Shown: positions 52,309-61,610 of the stretch, piece by piece
How positions within the stretch are numbered: the first letter of the stretch is position 1
Layout of the letters: each line of letters begins with the position of its first letter
NCBI GenBank assembly: GCA_951406725.2
Contig: OX597814.1
Coordinates: 5,642,001 to 5,706,000, forward strand
Length of the DNA stretch: 64,000 nt
Direction: 5' to 3'
Source of the DNA: Octopus vulgaris
Lineage: Eukaryota
Notes under the pieces: model-generated
The model's database searches: none
What the model was told of the DNA's origin: nothing
What the model saw: only the letters and a program-made list of their open reading frames with translations
Program-made: the position numbers and the translations under genes

Positions 52309-52844
52309 CTTTATATATAAAAGAGAGGTTGTGTGCTGTCTGTCTCCTACGATTTAGATTCCTAACTACTCCCACATTTTGCGGTGCAGTTTAACCAAAA
52401 CCGGGTATCTTATAGTCGTGATTCATATCGAGCCCTTCTGGGTATTAGCGCGCGTCTACAATGAGTCTACGATTTAAAAAAAAAATTACCATAATTTTTC
52501 ATCATTTTTAATGCATTTTCGCTCAGTTTATATAAGGGAAGTAACTCTCTATAAATGCTTATATAGTTATTTCCCTTACAAACCCGAGCAACGCCAGGCA
52601 ATACTGCTAGTATAAAATAAAACAGGAAACTGGAAATTTTTTGTTTCCATTTCAAACAATCCAACCCAAACCAGCATGGAAAACAGACATTAAACAACGA
52701 TGATGATGATGATGATGATGGGTAAAAGTTTTATTGTTTTATTTCTGTAAATTTTCACAAGTATTATTTTTGAAACTTTAAATCCAAAAAAGAAAATTTT
52801 ATATAAATGTGATTAAAAAATAAATAAATACCTCTCTTTTCCAT
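16500..52844 (-). CDS. PARP14/PARP15-like: Macrodomain-containing mono-ADP-ribosyltransferase (PARP14/PARP15-like); 13 coding exons, ~651 aa, macro-macro-linker-PARP catalytic domain
   Basis: Hand-spliced exons 52832-52844, 45024-45160, 44515-44742, 42330-42557, 37299-37350, 32041-32180, 31532-31759, 30481-30708, 27603-27657, 26287-26352, 22199-22332, 21633-21810 and 16500-16768. All are GT-AG and phase-compatible and sum to 1956 nt with no internal stop. Macro motifs VDVIVNS and SLAFP.LG.G; ART motifs IERIQN, LWHGT, GFNRSYCGKNAT.FGEGVYFA and IYVIFHDSQAYPNYLITF. Confidence 0.9.
17230..18035 (+). mobile_element. RTE LINE RT fragment, degraded
   Basis: GVHQGSVL...LLYAD; GRLYDVCILTAILHGNEMWAL. 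Confidence 0.85.
18301..20270 (-). mobile_element. Young 5'-truncated RTE-clade LINE with uninterrupted 464-aa RT ORF (18846-20240), VNTR-containing 3' UTR and (GAT)n tail
   Basis: QFGFVPGKSTTDAIF, FVDMEKAFDRV, GVHQGSVLSPLLF, YADD, FRYLG and GRPRKTW motifs; (TA)n on both sides. Confidence 0.95.
20381..20620 (+). repeat. Inverted near-identical copy of 19548-19787 (RTE internal segment)
   Basis: 240 bp with one mismatch seen; bounded by (TA)n. Confidence 0.92.
21633..21810 (-). CDS. Macro-PARP exon (ART domain, HGT motif)
   Basis: ttttctacag / gtaagt. Encodes IERIQNKTLYHGYQVLKRKFEAENPNITNEVDGLWHGTAEGAVRGINKSGFNRSYCGKN; 178 nt, phase 0-1. Confidence 0.95.
22199..22332 (-). CDS. Macro-PARP exon (start of ART domain)
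   Basis: ggcctctag / gtttgt. Encodes (E)SVPVTWSPMGDEELFKIVPVTNGPEYDDIQATFRQNLPSYRIIK; 134 nt, phase 1-0. The P..W..M and EY..I...F pattern matches PARP14/15. Confidence 0.9.
22600..23530 (-). mobile_element. Degraded RTE LINE with 3' UTR pieces
   Basis: GGCMESVIARIRIGWRKFR and VQERRVYWFGDVMQM. Confidence 0.8.
23560..24815 (-). mobile_element. Penelope-like element remnant: GIY-YIG endonuclease preceded by an Asn/Thr-rich segment
   Basis: ORF 23813-24190: C..R...CPL...C....VYQCTV...YYIG...SW.II...C.LCL.E, the Cys-flanked GIY-YIG pattern of PLEs. No RT seen. Confidence 0.8.
24858..26172. repeat. 1.3-kb (AAT)n microsatellite with ATT/GAT variants
   Basis: Direct inspection. Confidence 0.98.
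26287..26352 (-). CDS. Macro-PARP basic linker exon (66 nt, symmetric)
   Basis: tttctttcatacaag / gtgagg. Encodes (A)STKSQPGKSQKKKFRHRNVKK; phase 1-1 fits both neighbours. Confidence 0.65.
26870..27070. repeat. 56-bp tandem repeat, about 3.5 units
   Basis: ggcagttccc at 26887, 26943 and 26999, with a variant at 27055. Confidence 0.9.
27603..27657 (-). CDS. Macro-PARP exon (last helix of macrodomain 2)
   Basis: ttacttctaacag / gtaaat. Encodes KFKEYFQEISTDGSTASS; 55 nt, phase 0-1. Positional paralogue of 37299-37350. Confidence 0.8.
28809..30034. mobile_element. Palindromic non-autonomous DNA transposon (GG...CC ends, 8-bp TSD; Merlin- or MULE-like)
   Basis: ggatcttttccttttgaacggc / gccgttcaaaaggaaaagatcc. 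TSD gaaaattt at 28801-28808 and 30035-30042. Inner arms at about 29390-29630 and 29640-29880 carry (ccctaa)n. Confidence 0.88.
28930..29372 (+). mobile_element. CR1/L2-type LINE 3' fragment nested in the palindromic element
   Basis: LRRLAADL..THKII...TRGH...RKHFFTLRVAEAWNKLPASVV. Its 3' UTR recurs inverted at about 28040-28140. Confidence 0.85.
30481..30708 (-). CDS. Macro-PARP exon (macrodomain 2, C-half)
   Basis: tttttttttag / gttggt. Encodes ILANLTQIITICLEKAEELGAKSLAFPTLGGGKLRYP...IKDVYFVVYPQDTEIVT; 228 nt. Confidence 0.93.
31532..31759 (-). CDS. Macro-PARP exon (macrodomain 2, N-half)
   Basis: cttttgtag / gtaagt. Encodes VDVIVNSTNEHLQLDKGSISKFILNAAGPQIQSEC...IAITKGYNLKCKNVFHLALRFWNEDSPDS; 228 nt. 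Confidence 0.93.
32041..32180 (-). CDS. Macro-PARP exon (linker and first strands of macrodomain 2)
   Basis: ttgttttcag / gtgagt. Encodes (D)TSSPNPSFPGPQQKAAPITSTTNVISTENVGGVKINLTIGSITNVS; 140 nt, phase 1-0. Confidence 0.9.
33690..34985 (+). mobile_element. Degraded R4/Dong-like (RLE) non-LTR retrotransposon fragments
   Basis: NITII...MINIAVPADQNV...KADKYQDLVIQV (RLE motif), YKYPG and the RKEGGRG region. Confidence 0.65.
35243..36427 (-). mobile_element. 5'-truncated RTE LINE with 3' UTR
   Basis: RVKGRLYDACVRAAMLHGSETWAV; (CAT)n tail; microsatellites on both sides. Confidence 0.92.
36622..36995. repeat. Near-perfect inverted repeat (about 180-bp arms, 13-nt spacer) resembling an inverted Penelope-type terminal repeat
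   Basis: Arms 36622-36802 and 36816-36995; the right arm runs into (TA)n. Confidence 0.95.
36854..36946 (+). ncRNA. Type I hammerhead ribozyme candidate (mirror copy on the minus strand at about 36670-36763)
   Basis: CTGAAGA at 36863-36869, stem II gaaagacacaat/attgtgcctttt, GAAA at 36925, palindromic stem III acacgtgt, GTA triplet at 36934-36936, weak stem I ttc/gaa plus tatt/aata. Confidence 0.65.
37299..37350 (-). CDS. Macro-PARP exon (last helix of macrodomain 1)
   Basis: ttgttttcacag / gtaaac. Encodes IFTEYLNRQKNEGFHSK; 52 nt, phase 0-1, bridging 42330 and 32180 in frame. Confidence 0.8.
39342..42110 (-). mobile_element. Long degraded RTE LINE with 3' UTR VNTR
   Basis: RT motifs in ORF 41293-41658, with frameshifts. 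131-bp repeats start at 39693, 39824, 39955 and 40086. Confidence 0.92.
42330..42557 (-). CDS. Macro-PARP exon (macrodomain 1, C-half)
   Basis: atttttatag / gttggt. Encodes ILANLTQIITNCLKTAERMGAKSLAFPILGTGKMRYP...IKDVYFVVFPTETKIIK; 228 nt. Confidence 0.93.
42650..43790 (+). mobile_element. Degraded RTE LINE 3' portion inserted in the macrodomain-1 intron
   Basis: RWPCSICRKGVGRNSIRC, YLGDQVSSGGGCSE and a (GAT)n tail. Absent from the paralogous intron 30709-31531. Confidence 0.85.
44515..44742 (-). CDS. Macro-PARP exon (macrodomain 1, N-half)
   Basis: cttttctag / gtaagt. Encodes VDVIVNSSNKQLQLQRGAVSKFILNAAGSEIQSEC...VFHLALRFWNDDSPDS; 228 nt. Confidence 0.93.
45024..45160 (-). CDS. Macro-PARP exon (N-terminal segment and first strands of macrodomain 1)
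   Basis: ttattttcag / gtgagt. Encodes (D)TPSPNPSFPGSLQKLSSMLYRTTVTSRENAGIKIQLLIDSISNAS; 137 nt, phase 1-0. Confidence 0.88.
45390..46510. mobile_element. Tail-to-tail RTE-related fragments (+ 45390-45730, - 45740-46510)
   Basis: Terminal segments in both orientations; AMLHGSETWTVTAEDM. Confidence 0.75.
46855..47207 (+). mobile_element. tRNA-derived SINE with duplicated core (9738 family)
   Basis: gagttcaaattccgccgaggtcgactttgcctttcatcctttcggggtc and a variant repeat. Confidence 0.8.
47690..50921. repeat. 166-bp tandem satellite, about 19.5 units, purine/G-rich on the + strand
   Basis: gtgtgggtgg recurs at 47751, 47917, 48083 and onward. Confidence 0.97.
51660..52043 (-). mobile_element. 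tRNA-derived SINE, second family
   Basis: Head ggcgcaggagtggctgtgtggtaag (A box), ggttcagtccc (B box) and a (taaaagag) tail. Partial copies near 35020-35210, 38530-38880, 61375-61550 and 62035-62215. Confidence 0.85.
52308..52610 (+). mobile_element. Non-autonomous Helitron-like element
   Basis: A/TC 5' end (tctttatatataaaag), imperfect GC hairpin cccgagcaacgccagg, then a CTAG/T 3' end; no TSD. Confidence 0.75.
52832..52844 (-). CDS. Candidate start-codon exon (exon 52832-52866, coding part ATG GAA AAG AGA G)
   Basis: Strong acceptor ttttattttcatttgcag and donor gag/gtattt. The ATG has A at -3 and G at +4; the phase 1 end matches exon 45160 (MEKRDTPSP...). Confidence 0.6.
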
Positions 52845-53489
52845 GATTTCAACATGTATTTTTGCTCTGCAAATGAAAATAAAATAATTAGGAAAAACAT
52901 TGTTAAGGTATTAAATACATCATTTGTTGTCAAAGTAAATTCTCTCTCTCTCTCTCTCTCCCATATAATTACAGTTAAGAGAGAGATCAGAACAACTGGG
53001 CAGAATTCAGACAGGAATCCATCTCCCCCCTTTACCATTCAGATTCCTCAGCCAAATGCAATGCTTGTCTATTCACATTGTTTTGAATCGATGCCATTAT
53101 CTCATAGCTTAAACATTGTGATAACGTGATTATCTTTTTAGCATGACATTGTAGGGTAGGTGTTACAAAGGCTGGATCTTTCCAGTTTAAATATAAAACA
53201 AGTTATATGATTGGGCCAGATTTGGCCAGTCTAAACGCTAAAAGGTTAATTGACCACATTGTGCAAGGTAATAAGGTTTACGTGTGTGTTTTTGAGTCCT
53301 ACTACAGTGCAACACTCCCAAAAAGCACACAAGAATAAACTCATACAGGAAATGCACAATAAAATGAACAAAGCCCAACAACATGTACAAAAGAGGCCCA
53401 GTAACCATCAGAAGAACACAACTACGCTACACACACAACACACAATACAAACACTAATACAAGAAAAGACTTAGTTCAAACCTCATAAC

Positions 53490-54095
53490 AAGCACGCGGA
53501 ATTCTGTTCTTGATTCGACGGTCATTCGGAATGCTCACAGCAGCCATATTCCTACCGCTCTATGTCACGCTGGTGAGACCCATATTGGAGTACGGGATTC
53601 AAGCCTCTTCTCCTTATCTCCTCAAAGACATACAGCATCTCGAAAGAGTCCAGAAGCTGGCTACCCGCATGGTTCTTGGTCTCAAGAATTTGTCTTATGA
53701 AGAAAGGCTGAAGACGCTCGACCTTTATTCTCTAGAAAAACGACGACGCCGTGGAGATCTCATTCTTGCTCACAACATCATAAGCGGAAAGTGTACCCTC
53801 TCGAAAGAGCTGTTCTTCACTCCTGCTCCAGAGCGTCGGCTGCGGGGTCATTCCGAAAAGCTCTATCTGCGACGATTTCATCTCAATCGAAGGAGAGGGG
53901 CTTTCTCCGCCCGGGTTGCGGATCCGTGGAATAAGCTGCCAGACGAGATGGTGAAGATGCCGACGACCGCTCAGTTCAAAGTCTCCCTTGACCTCAAGTG
54001 GCCTGAACTCTTTACATGAACACCACCCTGTACATAACTCCATGCCCCCCTACGTGGCCTTGGTTTTTGCTTTTTGAGCCAAAAAAAATAACTAA
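53490..54095 (+). mobile_element. CR1-type LINE 3' fragment, open 169-aa C-terminus
   Basis: LYVTLVRPILEYG...LERVQKLATRMVLGLKNLSYEERLKTLDLYSLEKRRRRGDLI...WNKLP. Confidence 0.92.
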
Positions 54096-54099
54096 AAGA

Positions 54100-55370
54100 A
54101 AGGGCTATAGAAAAGGGATTTCAACGCTTTGGGTAGAGAAGGGTTTGTTTAAAGTGACTGAGCACACAAGTTAGTTGATCAAGCTAATGTTTATAGAAGA
54201 AAGTGGATGACAGAATTGGAGGTGGAAGGGATCACAAGGGAACTGGAAAAGAAAGACCAGGCAGTGGGAAAGACAAACAACAACATAAGAGATACAGCTC
54301 AAACCAAAGAAGAACCTAAAGAAAAAAATAACAATAGTGCTACCAATAAGGAAGGGACAACTGGCACCAACGACTTAAGTGATTTAAGTGAGGAAGATCA
54401 GAAGATTTTAGATGTGTTGCAGGAATTCATGAGTAAAGAAGTAAGAAAAAGATTGCTCTCTTTAAAGGGTACCAACAGAAGAATGTTGCTAGATATGACT
54501 AAGAAAGTAGATTCTGTTATCAGTAGGATAGATACTAAAATACAGAAGACACTCATTGATCTCTGTCGGAGGAGTAGTAGTTACTAAAAGATTAGATATT
54601 CCACAAGGACAAATTAGAAAAAAGCAAGTGTGAAAAAGGAAATTACAAAATAAGGAGAAGACTTTAAGACAAGATCTGAGTAGAATAGAAACCTGGAAAC
54701 TGAACAAGATAGGAAACACAAGATTCAAATCTTCTCTTGGGAAAAGATACTTAGTCAAAGAGAAAGAAGGATTTGGGACAATAATAAAAGATTTGAAACA
54801 ATGTGTAACAACAATAGCAGGCAAGCTCTCCAGATATCAGAAAACAAACAGATCAGTATCAACAGAATAAATGACTTGAGACAGACCAGAAGAGATTTTA
54901 TAACCAAATAAATAGTGGAGAAGAAAGTACTGAAGATGAGGAACCTAATGCAGAAGAAGCTAGAATGTTTTGGAGTAATATTTGGTGTAAGCCAGACAAT
55001 CAAAAGGAGATGCAGGGTAGTTAAAGAAAACAAAGGAAGAAGTAGCCAGATCTAAGATTAACTAGCGCATTAATGAGTAATGTGTTAGGAAGAATGCTAA
55101 ATTGGAAGGGCCCAGGACCAGAAGGCATCCAATTACCTAATGGCCAGATATAAAAATCATTAAAAGAAGGAGAGAGTTATAAGTATCTTGGAGTATTAGG
55201 ATCTGACAGAGTACTACAGAAATGAAAAGGAAAATTGAGAAGGAGGAGGAAGCTAATGAAGTCAAAACTAAATGGTCGGAATCTAGTGAAGGCTGTAAAT
55301 ACTCGGGCAGTATTTTTACTTAGCAGCTTTTGTGATAAAAAGTGAACTAGCAAAGCTAGACAGAAGAACT
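54100..55370 (+). mobile_element. Degraded R4/Dong-like LINE fragment
   Basis: WMTELEVEGI, NWKGPGP, YKYLGVL, KLNGRNLVKAVNTRAV and LDRRTR segments with stops. Confidence 0.7.
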
Positions 55371-56080
55371 AGGGTCTCCCTCTTCCACAGGTACCATCCA
55401 TTTTTAGTGATCAGCACTTCTTTATGCAGCTGTCCTCATTCATGTACATCACATGTCCAAACCAAAGTAGTCTTCTCTCTTGCATACTACATTTGATATG
55501 CCCAACTTTTCTCTCAACACATTTGCACTTTGCCGTACATGTGCACTGTTGTTGCACATCCAACGGTGCATACCACCTTAATTTCTCTCCAGTCTACACG
55601 TCTTCTGTATTCAGAGCTCATTTCTCACTACCATGGAGTATAGCCATTCGCACACAAGCACCATATAGTCTACTTTTCACTCTGAGAGAGAGGGTCCTTT
55701 TTGTTGCTAACAGAGGTAATAGTTCTCTGAACTTCACCCACCCAATTCTTATTCTAGAAACAATATTTTCAGAGCATCCTCCACCATTGCTAATTTGGTC
55801 ACCTAGGTAACAGAAACTATCTACAACCTCAAGAGAACCTCCTGGGTTTTTGAGAGAATCTAAGTCCCGTGTGCTCTTAGTGCTTATTGTTCCTGCACAT
55901 CTGCCACACACAAAGACAATTTTATCTCTTAATCTACCTGTGATTCCACTGCCCACAGTTTACACTGGATACAGTACAAGGAATTTCTTCCAACTCCTTT
56001 CCTTCTTATGGAGCAGCACCATTTACCTGAAGGAAAGAGAGTTTTATCTTCCTTCTTACTAACAACCACTTTGGTTTTAA
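55370..56080 (-). mobile_element. Degraded RTE LINE fragment
   Basis: LEVVDSFCYLGDQISNGGGCSE...RIRIGWVKFRELLPLL. Confidence 0.85.
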
Positions 56081-57179
56081 TAATAATAATAATAATTCTT
56101 TCATTTATTTGCCACAAGTGTGAAGGATGAGGGGAATAATACAAAGATAGACATAAAGTCCTGGGGTTTACATATAATGGAATTGTAGGGAATACGACCG
56201 TATGTTGAGGTTGGTGACATAGGTAAGTCACACGGTCGCATTCCTAGCAAAATAAGATAAGCCATAAATACAATTTTATACAATGCAGTGCCAACAGAAT
56301 TTAGATGAATTGACGACAAGCCGTTCCACTGTTTGAGGGATAGATATTATTTTATTTACAATGGGTTAATGTTAGAAGGTTGTGAGGGCTAGCAAGCATT
56401 GTGTATGTGTGCGTACAACACGTGTTTGTGTCTGTGTGTTCGTGTGTGTGACAGATACAATAAGGGTGAATGTGTGTGGCATAGTAGGTACAGAGCATAG
56501 AGTTAATAATAGATTTACTGTTCATGAGGTACACGAAGTGTAAGACTTCAATATCAAGATGTTGTGTCTCGGAGCTGAGATTAGTTGAATCACTTGTTGT
56601 GCTTATCTTTCTCTTGATATAGATATTCTTTCAGATATATATACTGCAACTGTTTTTCCGTGGTGAGATTTTCACCTAACAGCATGAGTTGAATCTGTAG
56701 TTATCTTGTGTACAAGTTAAATCTTCGTAGATAGAGACGATGTTGGCGATGACGTTATGTCTGTCGCTTGGTTTACTATAGCGTCTTCATATCATGTTTT
56801 GCTTGGTTATTTTTCTCTTGATATAGATATTCTTTCAGATATATATACTGCAACTGTTTTTCCGTGGTGAGATTTTCACACTAACAGTATGAGTTGAATC
56901 TGTGAAGTTGGTGTGTACATGTCTGAAGTGGACGATGGTGATGGCGACTTGAAGTTGGTACAATGATGGTGACGACGGCGGCGGAGATAGAAATTGGTTT
57001 TCTGTTGCGTCGTCGTGGCTGATCGTCTGTCGTTGTGACTGGAACATGTTGAGTAGCTCTGTGGTCAGAGGTTAGCCCTTATAAGGACTGGAACCAAAGA
57101 CGCAAGTATACTGAAAACACTCCCTTATATACAAGTAAGGTGGCTCAACAGAGCCTAGGAAATGGGACCTTAACCATTA

Positions 57180-57775
57180 GTCATTAAGGATAAAAATGTC
57201 ACTATCCTCTGGGATTTCACTAACAGAATGATCCATGCAAATCAACCAGACATAATTATTAAAGAGAGAGAAGAAAATATTTTAGGACTAATAGATGCAA
57301 GTGTTCCCACTGATAAAAATATATCATCATCATCATCATCATCATTTAACGTCCGTTTTCCATGCTAGCATGGGTTGGAGGGTTCAACTGGGGTCTGGGA
57401 AGCCAGAAGGCTGCACCAGGCCCAGTCTGATCTGGCAGTGTTTCTACAGCTGGATGCCCTTCCTAACGCCAACCACTCCGTGAGTGTAGTGGGTGCTTTT
57501 TACGTGCCACCGGCATAGGTGCCAGGGGAGTCTGGCATCGGTCAAGGAATTTGACAAATTAAGTAAATATAAGGAGCTGTTAATTGAAATAGAAAGGATG
57601 TGGAATCTTAAAACGAGAACTGTTCCTGTTATTGTAGGTGCCCTAGGTATAATAAAAAAAAATGGGATGTCAGAAACATCTAGATAAGATCCCAGAAGAA
57701 CCATGTCTCAGAGAAATCCATAAGATTGTGTTGGCAAGTACTGCTGACATCCTTAGAAAAACCCAATCAATTTAA
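57180..57775 (+). mobile_element. RLE-type LINE endonuclease fragment interrupted by an RTE tail (57323-57540, minus)
   Basis: QPDIIIKE...IDASVPTDKNI [insert] KEFDKLSKYKELLIEIERMWNLKTRTVPVIVGALG. Confidence 0.8.
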
Positions 57776-58055
57776 ATGTCTGTGTTGTATTACATGAGGC
57801 TATTTCACTACTGCCCTTGCCTCTTCCCCTCCTCACGTTTTCAGTTATACTGTAACATCTCATCTCTACTAGAAACAGAGAAACTTCAAAAAAACAAAGA
57901 TCTAGAAAAGAGGTAACTTGAATGTGGAATCTAAAACCAGGAACAATTCCTATCATAATAGGCGCATTAGGTATGATGAAAGAACATTCAGACAAATGCA
58001 TAACACAGAGCTGTGCTGGGGAGTGAAGTGAAAGCATGTGATAAAAATAAAACTA

Positions 58056-58098
<43 letters not shown>

Positions 58099-58654
58099 TT
58101 AATGGTTTCAAATTTTGCCGTAAGGGCAGCCATTTTGGGGAGGGGGAAGGGTCAATTTCATTGACCTCAGTGATGATAATAATAATAATAATTGTTGGCA
58201 CCCTTTTGTCTCGGGAGACAATGGAGTTGCGCATAAACTAATCCAGTCTGGTTTTTACATTTCATGTCCTCTCCAGTTTCCTCTCCAATTTTGCGCAGGC
58301 CTGGGCTAGATGTAAGAAAATCCTGGGTAGCCCAATCGTCAGGATTCCTCTCTCGACCTTGCTGATGTAGTCCAAAGGAATGCAGAGCATTACGTTTGGC
58401 ACCGGCTTGGTTGCAGGAGCTGCCGGAAGAGTGTCAAGTCAAACACTAAACCACCTATGGGGCTCCACTCTGGATTTCTTTGAAAGTTGTCTCCTTTCCG
58501 TAACCCTGGATAGGGGCCCATACTGGGTACTGTCAGCCGGAGCCAGCTGAGCCCCGAGACTCGTGTCAGGCAGGATCGTAACTCCCTGAAGTAGTGGAGA
58601 AAATCGCTACCCACTACCTATAATAATAATAATAACAACAACAACAACAATAAT

Positions 58655-58863
58655 CATTTCTACTAAAGGCACAATGCCTCAAATTTCTAGGGAGGGGAAG
58701 TAGTCGATTATATTGACCCCCAGTGTGTAACTGGTACTTAATTTATCGACCTCCAAAAGGATGAAAGGCAAAGTTGACCTCACCTGAATTTGAACTAAGA
58801 ATGTCACAATGGGTGAAATACCGTTACGCATTCAGCATGCTAACGATTCTGCCAGCTCGCCAC
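58655..58863 (-). mobile_element. tRNA-derived SINE (9738 family)
   Basis: Same head and core, within (AAT)n. Confidence 0.8.
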
Positions 58864-59602
58864 TTTCATAATAATAATAATAATAAGTCACAGGCAGTGG
58901 CTCTCATGGCTTCTGATCTTAACTGATTGGAAGTGTTATCATGTTCATTGTTTTGTCTTGGTATAAAAGATGGGCTAAAGCAAATATTCTGCTCAATACC
59001 ACAGATTTGCTTGTCAGTTGTTGGACCTTAACCAGTTGAGCATGTCCCTTAGTGGCTAACGAAATGTGCATCTCTGATCACGAGCAGAAGTAGTGGGGGA
59101 GCATCATAGCCATGTGTTGAGAAGGATTCTTTGGGGTTTGAATAATTCACCTCTGGAAACATGGGTATTTCGTTCAACGTCCTTAAACAACCCTTATTCA
59201 GGGACCTTTTGAGCAGGATGGGCTACTTGATCTGAAGAAAACTCTAACTGAGCCTCCACCTGCAAGGTCATGCAACGTTTATTTTGATATGAGATCACCA
59301 TGTCGCGCACATGTGGTTGTGATGCATGTGCCTGGTGTACCCTTATCAGACGGGTAGTCATGATGGGTATACTGGGCTTTCTATATTTTACCCCAGTGTC
59401 ACTTTGATGGCATGCACTGCTCTCTCACTGAAGAAGAAGAAGAAGGAAGAGGAGGTGGAGGAGGAGAAGAAGAAGGAAAAGAGGAAGAAGAAGAAGAGGT
59501 GGAAAAGGAAGAAGAAAATAGTGAATAAAAAAACTAATAAATGTGTCAAGTCAAGATCCTTCATGCTTCACATAAAATGTCAAAATGAAAGCAAGAAAAA
59601 CC

Positions 59603-60411
59603 GGTTAATATAGGGCGTTACGTCTATCAGAAAATCAAAACAAAAATGTGTGTAATAGGTGTAAAACAACTTCCTATGAACGAATATGAAAAAAAAAATT
59701 CGCGCACGCGAAAGGGGGGTGGGGGAGAGGCCTCGGAAAATTCACATCGGGAAGTTCCGAAAGCGTCTGAGGAGCTGACCCGGGCACCAAAACAAAAAAA
59801 AAAAATAGTGTAATATGTGTAAAACAACTTTATTTATTTTTTTTTTTTGCGAAATATGTACAAAAATTCCTGTGTGAGTGTGTGTTCTTGATACTCGTTT
59901 AGAACAAGTAGTTTTACACCAATTACACTATTTTTTCTTAGTTTAAAGGCCGTGGACTGAAGATGTGAAATTTCCGAAGCCTCTCCCCCACCCCCCTTTC
60001 GCGTGCGCGCATTTTTTTCATGATAGTCGTTTAGAGCAAGTTGTTTTACACCTATTACGCTGTTTTTGTTTTTGTTTTTGTGCCCGGTTCAGACGCTTTC
60101 GGAAATTCCCGATATAAATTTTCCGAGGCCTCTCCCCCACCCCTCTTTCGCGAGAGCGCATTTTTTTTTCATATTCGTTTAGAGCAAGTTGTTTTACACA
60201 TATTACACTATTTTTTTTTTGTTTTGGTGCCCGGGTCAGCCCCTCAGATGCTTTCGGAACTTCCCGATGTGAATTTTCCGAGGCCTCTCCCCCACCCCCC
60301 TTTCGCGTGCGCGAATTTTTTTTTTCATATTCGTTCATAGGAAGTTGTTTTACACCTATTACACACATTTTTGTTTTGATTTTCTGATAGACGTAACGCC
60401 CTATATTAACC
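59603..60411. mobile_element. Long-TIR MITE (GG...CC ends, 8-bp TSD; Merlin-like)
   Basis: ggttaatatagggcgttacgtc / gacgtaacgccctatattaacc. TSD gaaaaacc at 59595-59602 and 60412-60419. Arms of about 225 bp are built from roughly 120-bp subunits. Confidence 0.9.
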
Positions 60412-60647
60412 GAAAAACCCGTAACAGAAAATTAATCGCAGCCAAAACAGCTGACGTTCTTTTCGAAACGCACCTCTCCAACAAAATGACGCCTAATTTA
60501 TTATTTTTTTAATATGAAAATGGGAAATATATCCAAAATGAATGAAGTATGCAAAAAAATTTTTTAATATTTAAAAATATTTTATACTAAAAAATAAAAG
60601 AAACGGAAATATTCGCGAATATTAAGAAACATGGGGAGGTAACTTAC

Positions 60648-60960
60648 TTTACCAGTCGTTAATGATACGAGGGACGAAATAACCACTGAGTTATATGTTT
60701 TGTCATTTATTTTCTCTGTAAACTGATAACAAAACTTGCATACGACTTAAACATATTTATTTCTGTCGTTTATCAGAACATCATAAAATGGGCGAAAGTA
60801 AAGCGAGTTCACACCACCGAACTAACCTGTTTGCGCAGTAGAAAAATCTGGTTAAAAGCAATCAAGAATTTACAAACGATATTGTCGGTGTGTGGGGTCC
60901 CTCTTGCCGCCCTTTTTTCCGAACCAAAATAAGGGATTTGCTGCATATTAGGAAGTCGGG
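60648..60960 (-). promoter_or_regulatory. Candidate non-coding first exon and promoter of the macro-PARP gene (upper boundary uncertain)
   Basis: Donor aaa/gtaagt at 60648 in CpG-richer, non-repeat-looking sequence upstream of the ATG exon. Splicing to 52866 places an in-frame TAA upstream of the ATG. Confidence 0.4.
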
Positions 60961-61068
60961 GTACCTGATTGCAAGCAAAAAATCGGGTTTTTTTTTATTT
61001 TGTCTTAGTGAAAATCGTGCGGGTATTAATATAGAAATATACCCTTACATACGCACGAACGTTTATAC

Positions 61069-61235
61069 CAGTGGGTTTCAACCAGGGTTCCGCAAGAAGT
61101 TACAAAACTGCTAAAATCAGCAGTAATTTTTAATTCACCTGTGCATAAGACAATTAAATTATTGCACAGGGCTTCCTCGAGCCAGTGGAATGTTTCCTTG
61201 GGGTTCCGCTCCAGCAAAAAGTTTGAAAAGCACTG
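61069..61235. mobile_element. hAT-type MITE with 8-bp TSD
   Basis: cagtgggtttcaa / ttgaaaagcactg. TSD gtttatac at 61061-61068 and 61236-61243. The mirror copy at about 62353-62508 lacks one end. Confidence 0.85.
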
Positions 61236-61552
61236 GTTTATACAGACACATAAATGAAATCACGTAAATACATATACACATACATTATATATACACACAC
61301 AAAAATACATGTACATACGTACACACACATACATACATACAAAAAATGCATGTATATATTCTTGTATTTATTTCATTCATTTAACAGCGCTCATGCTGGA
61401 GCACTGCCTTTAGTCGAAGAAATCGATCCCAGGACTTATTCTTTGTAAGCCTAGTACTTATTCTATCGTCACCTTTGCTGAACCGCTAAGTTACGGGGAT
61501 GTAAACATACCAACAACGGTTGTGAAGCGATGGTGGTGGGGAGACAAACACG

Positions 61553-61607
<55 letters not shown>

Positions 61608-61610
<3 letters not shown>

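Noticed and set aside
60791-60810. ISRE/IRF-like site gcgaaagtaaagc in the candidate promoter
   Set aside because: Lacks the second GAAA half-site; too weak to support despite fitting an immune gene.
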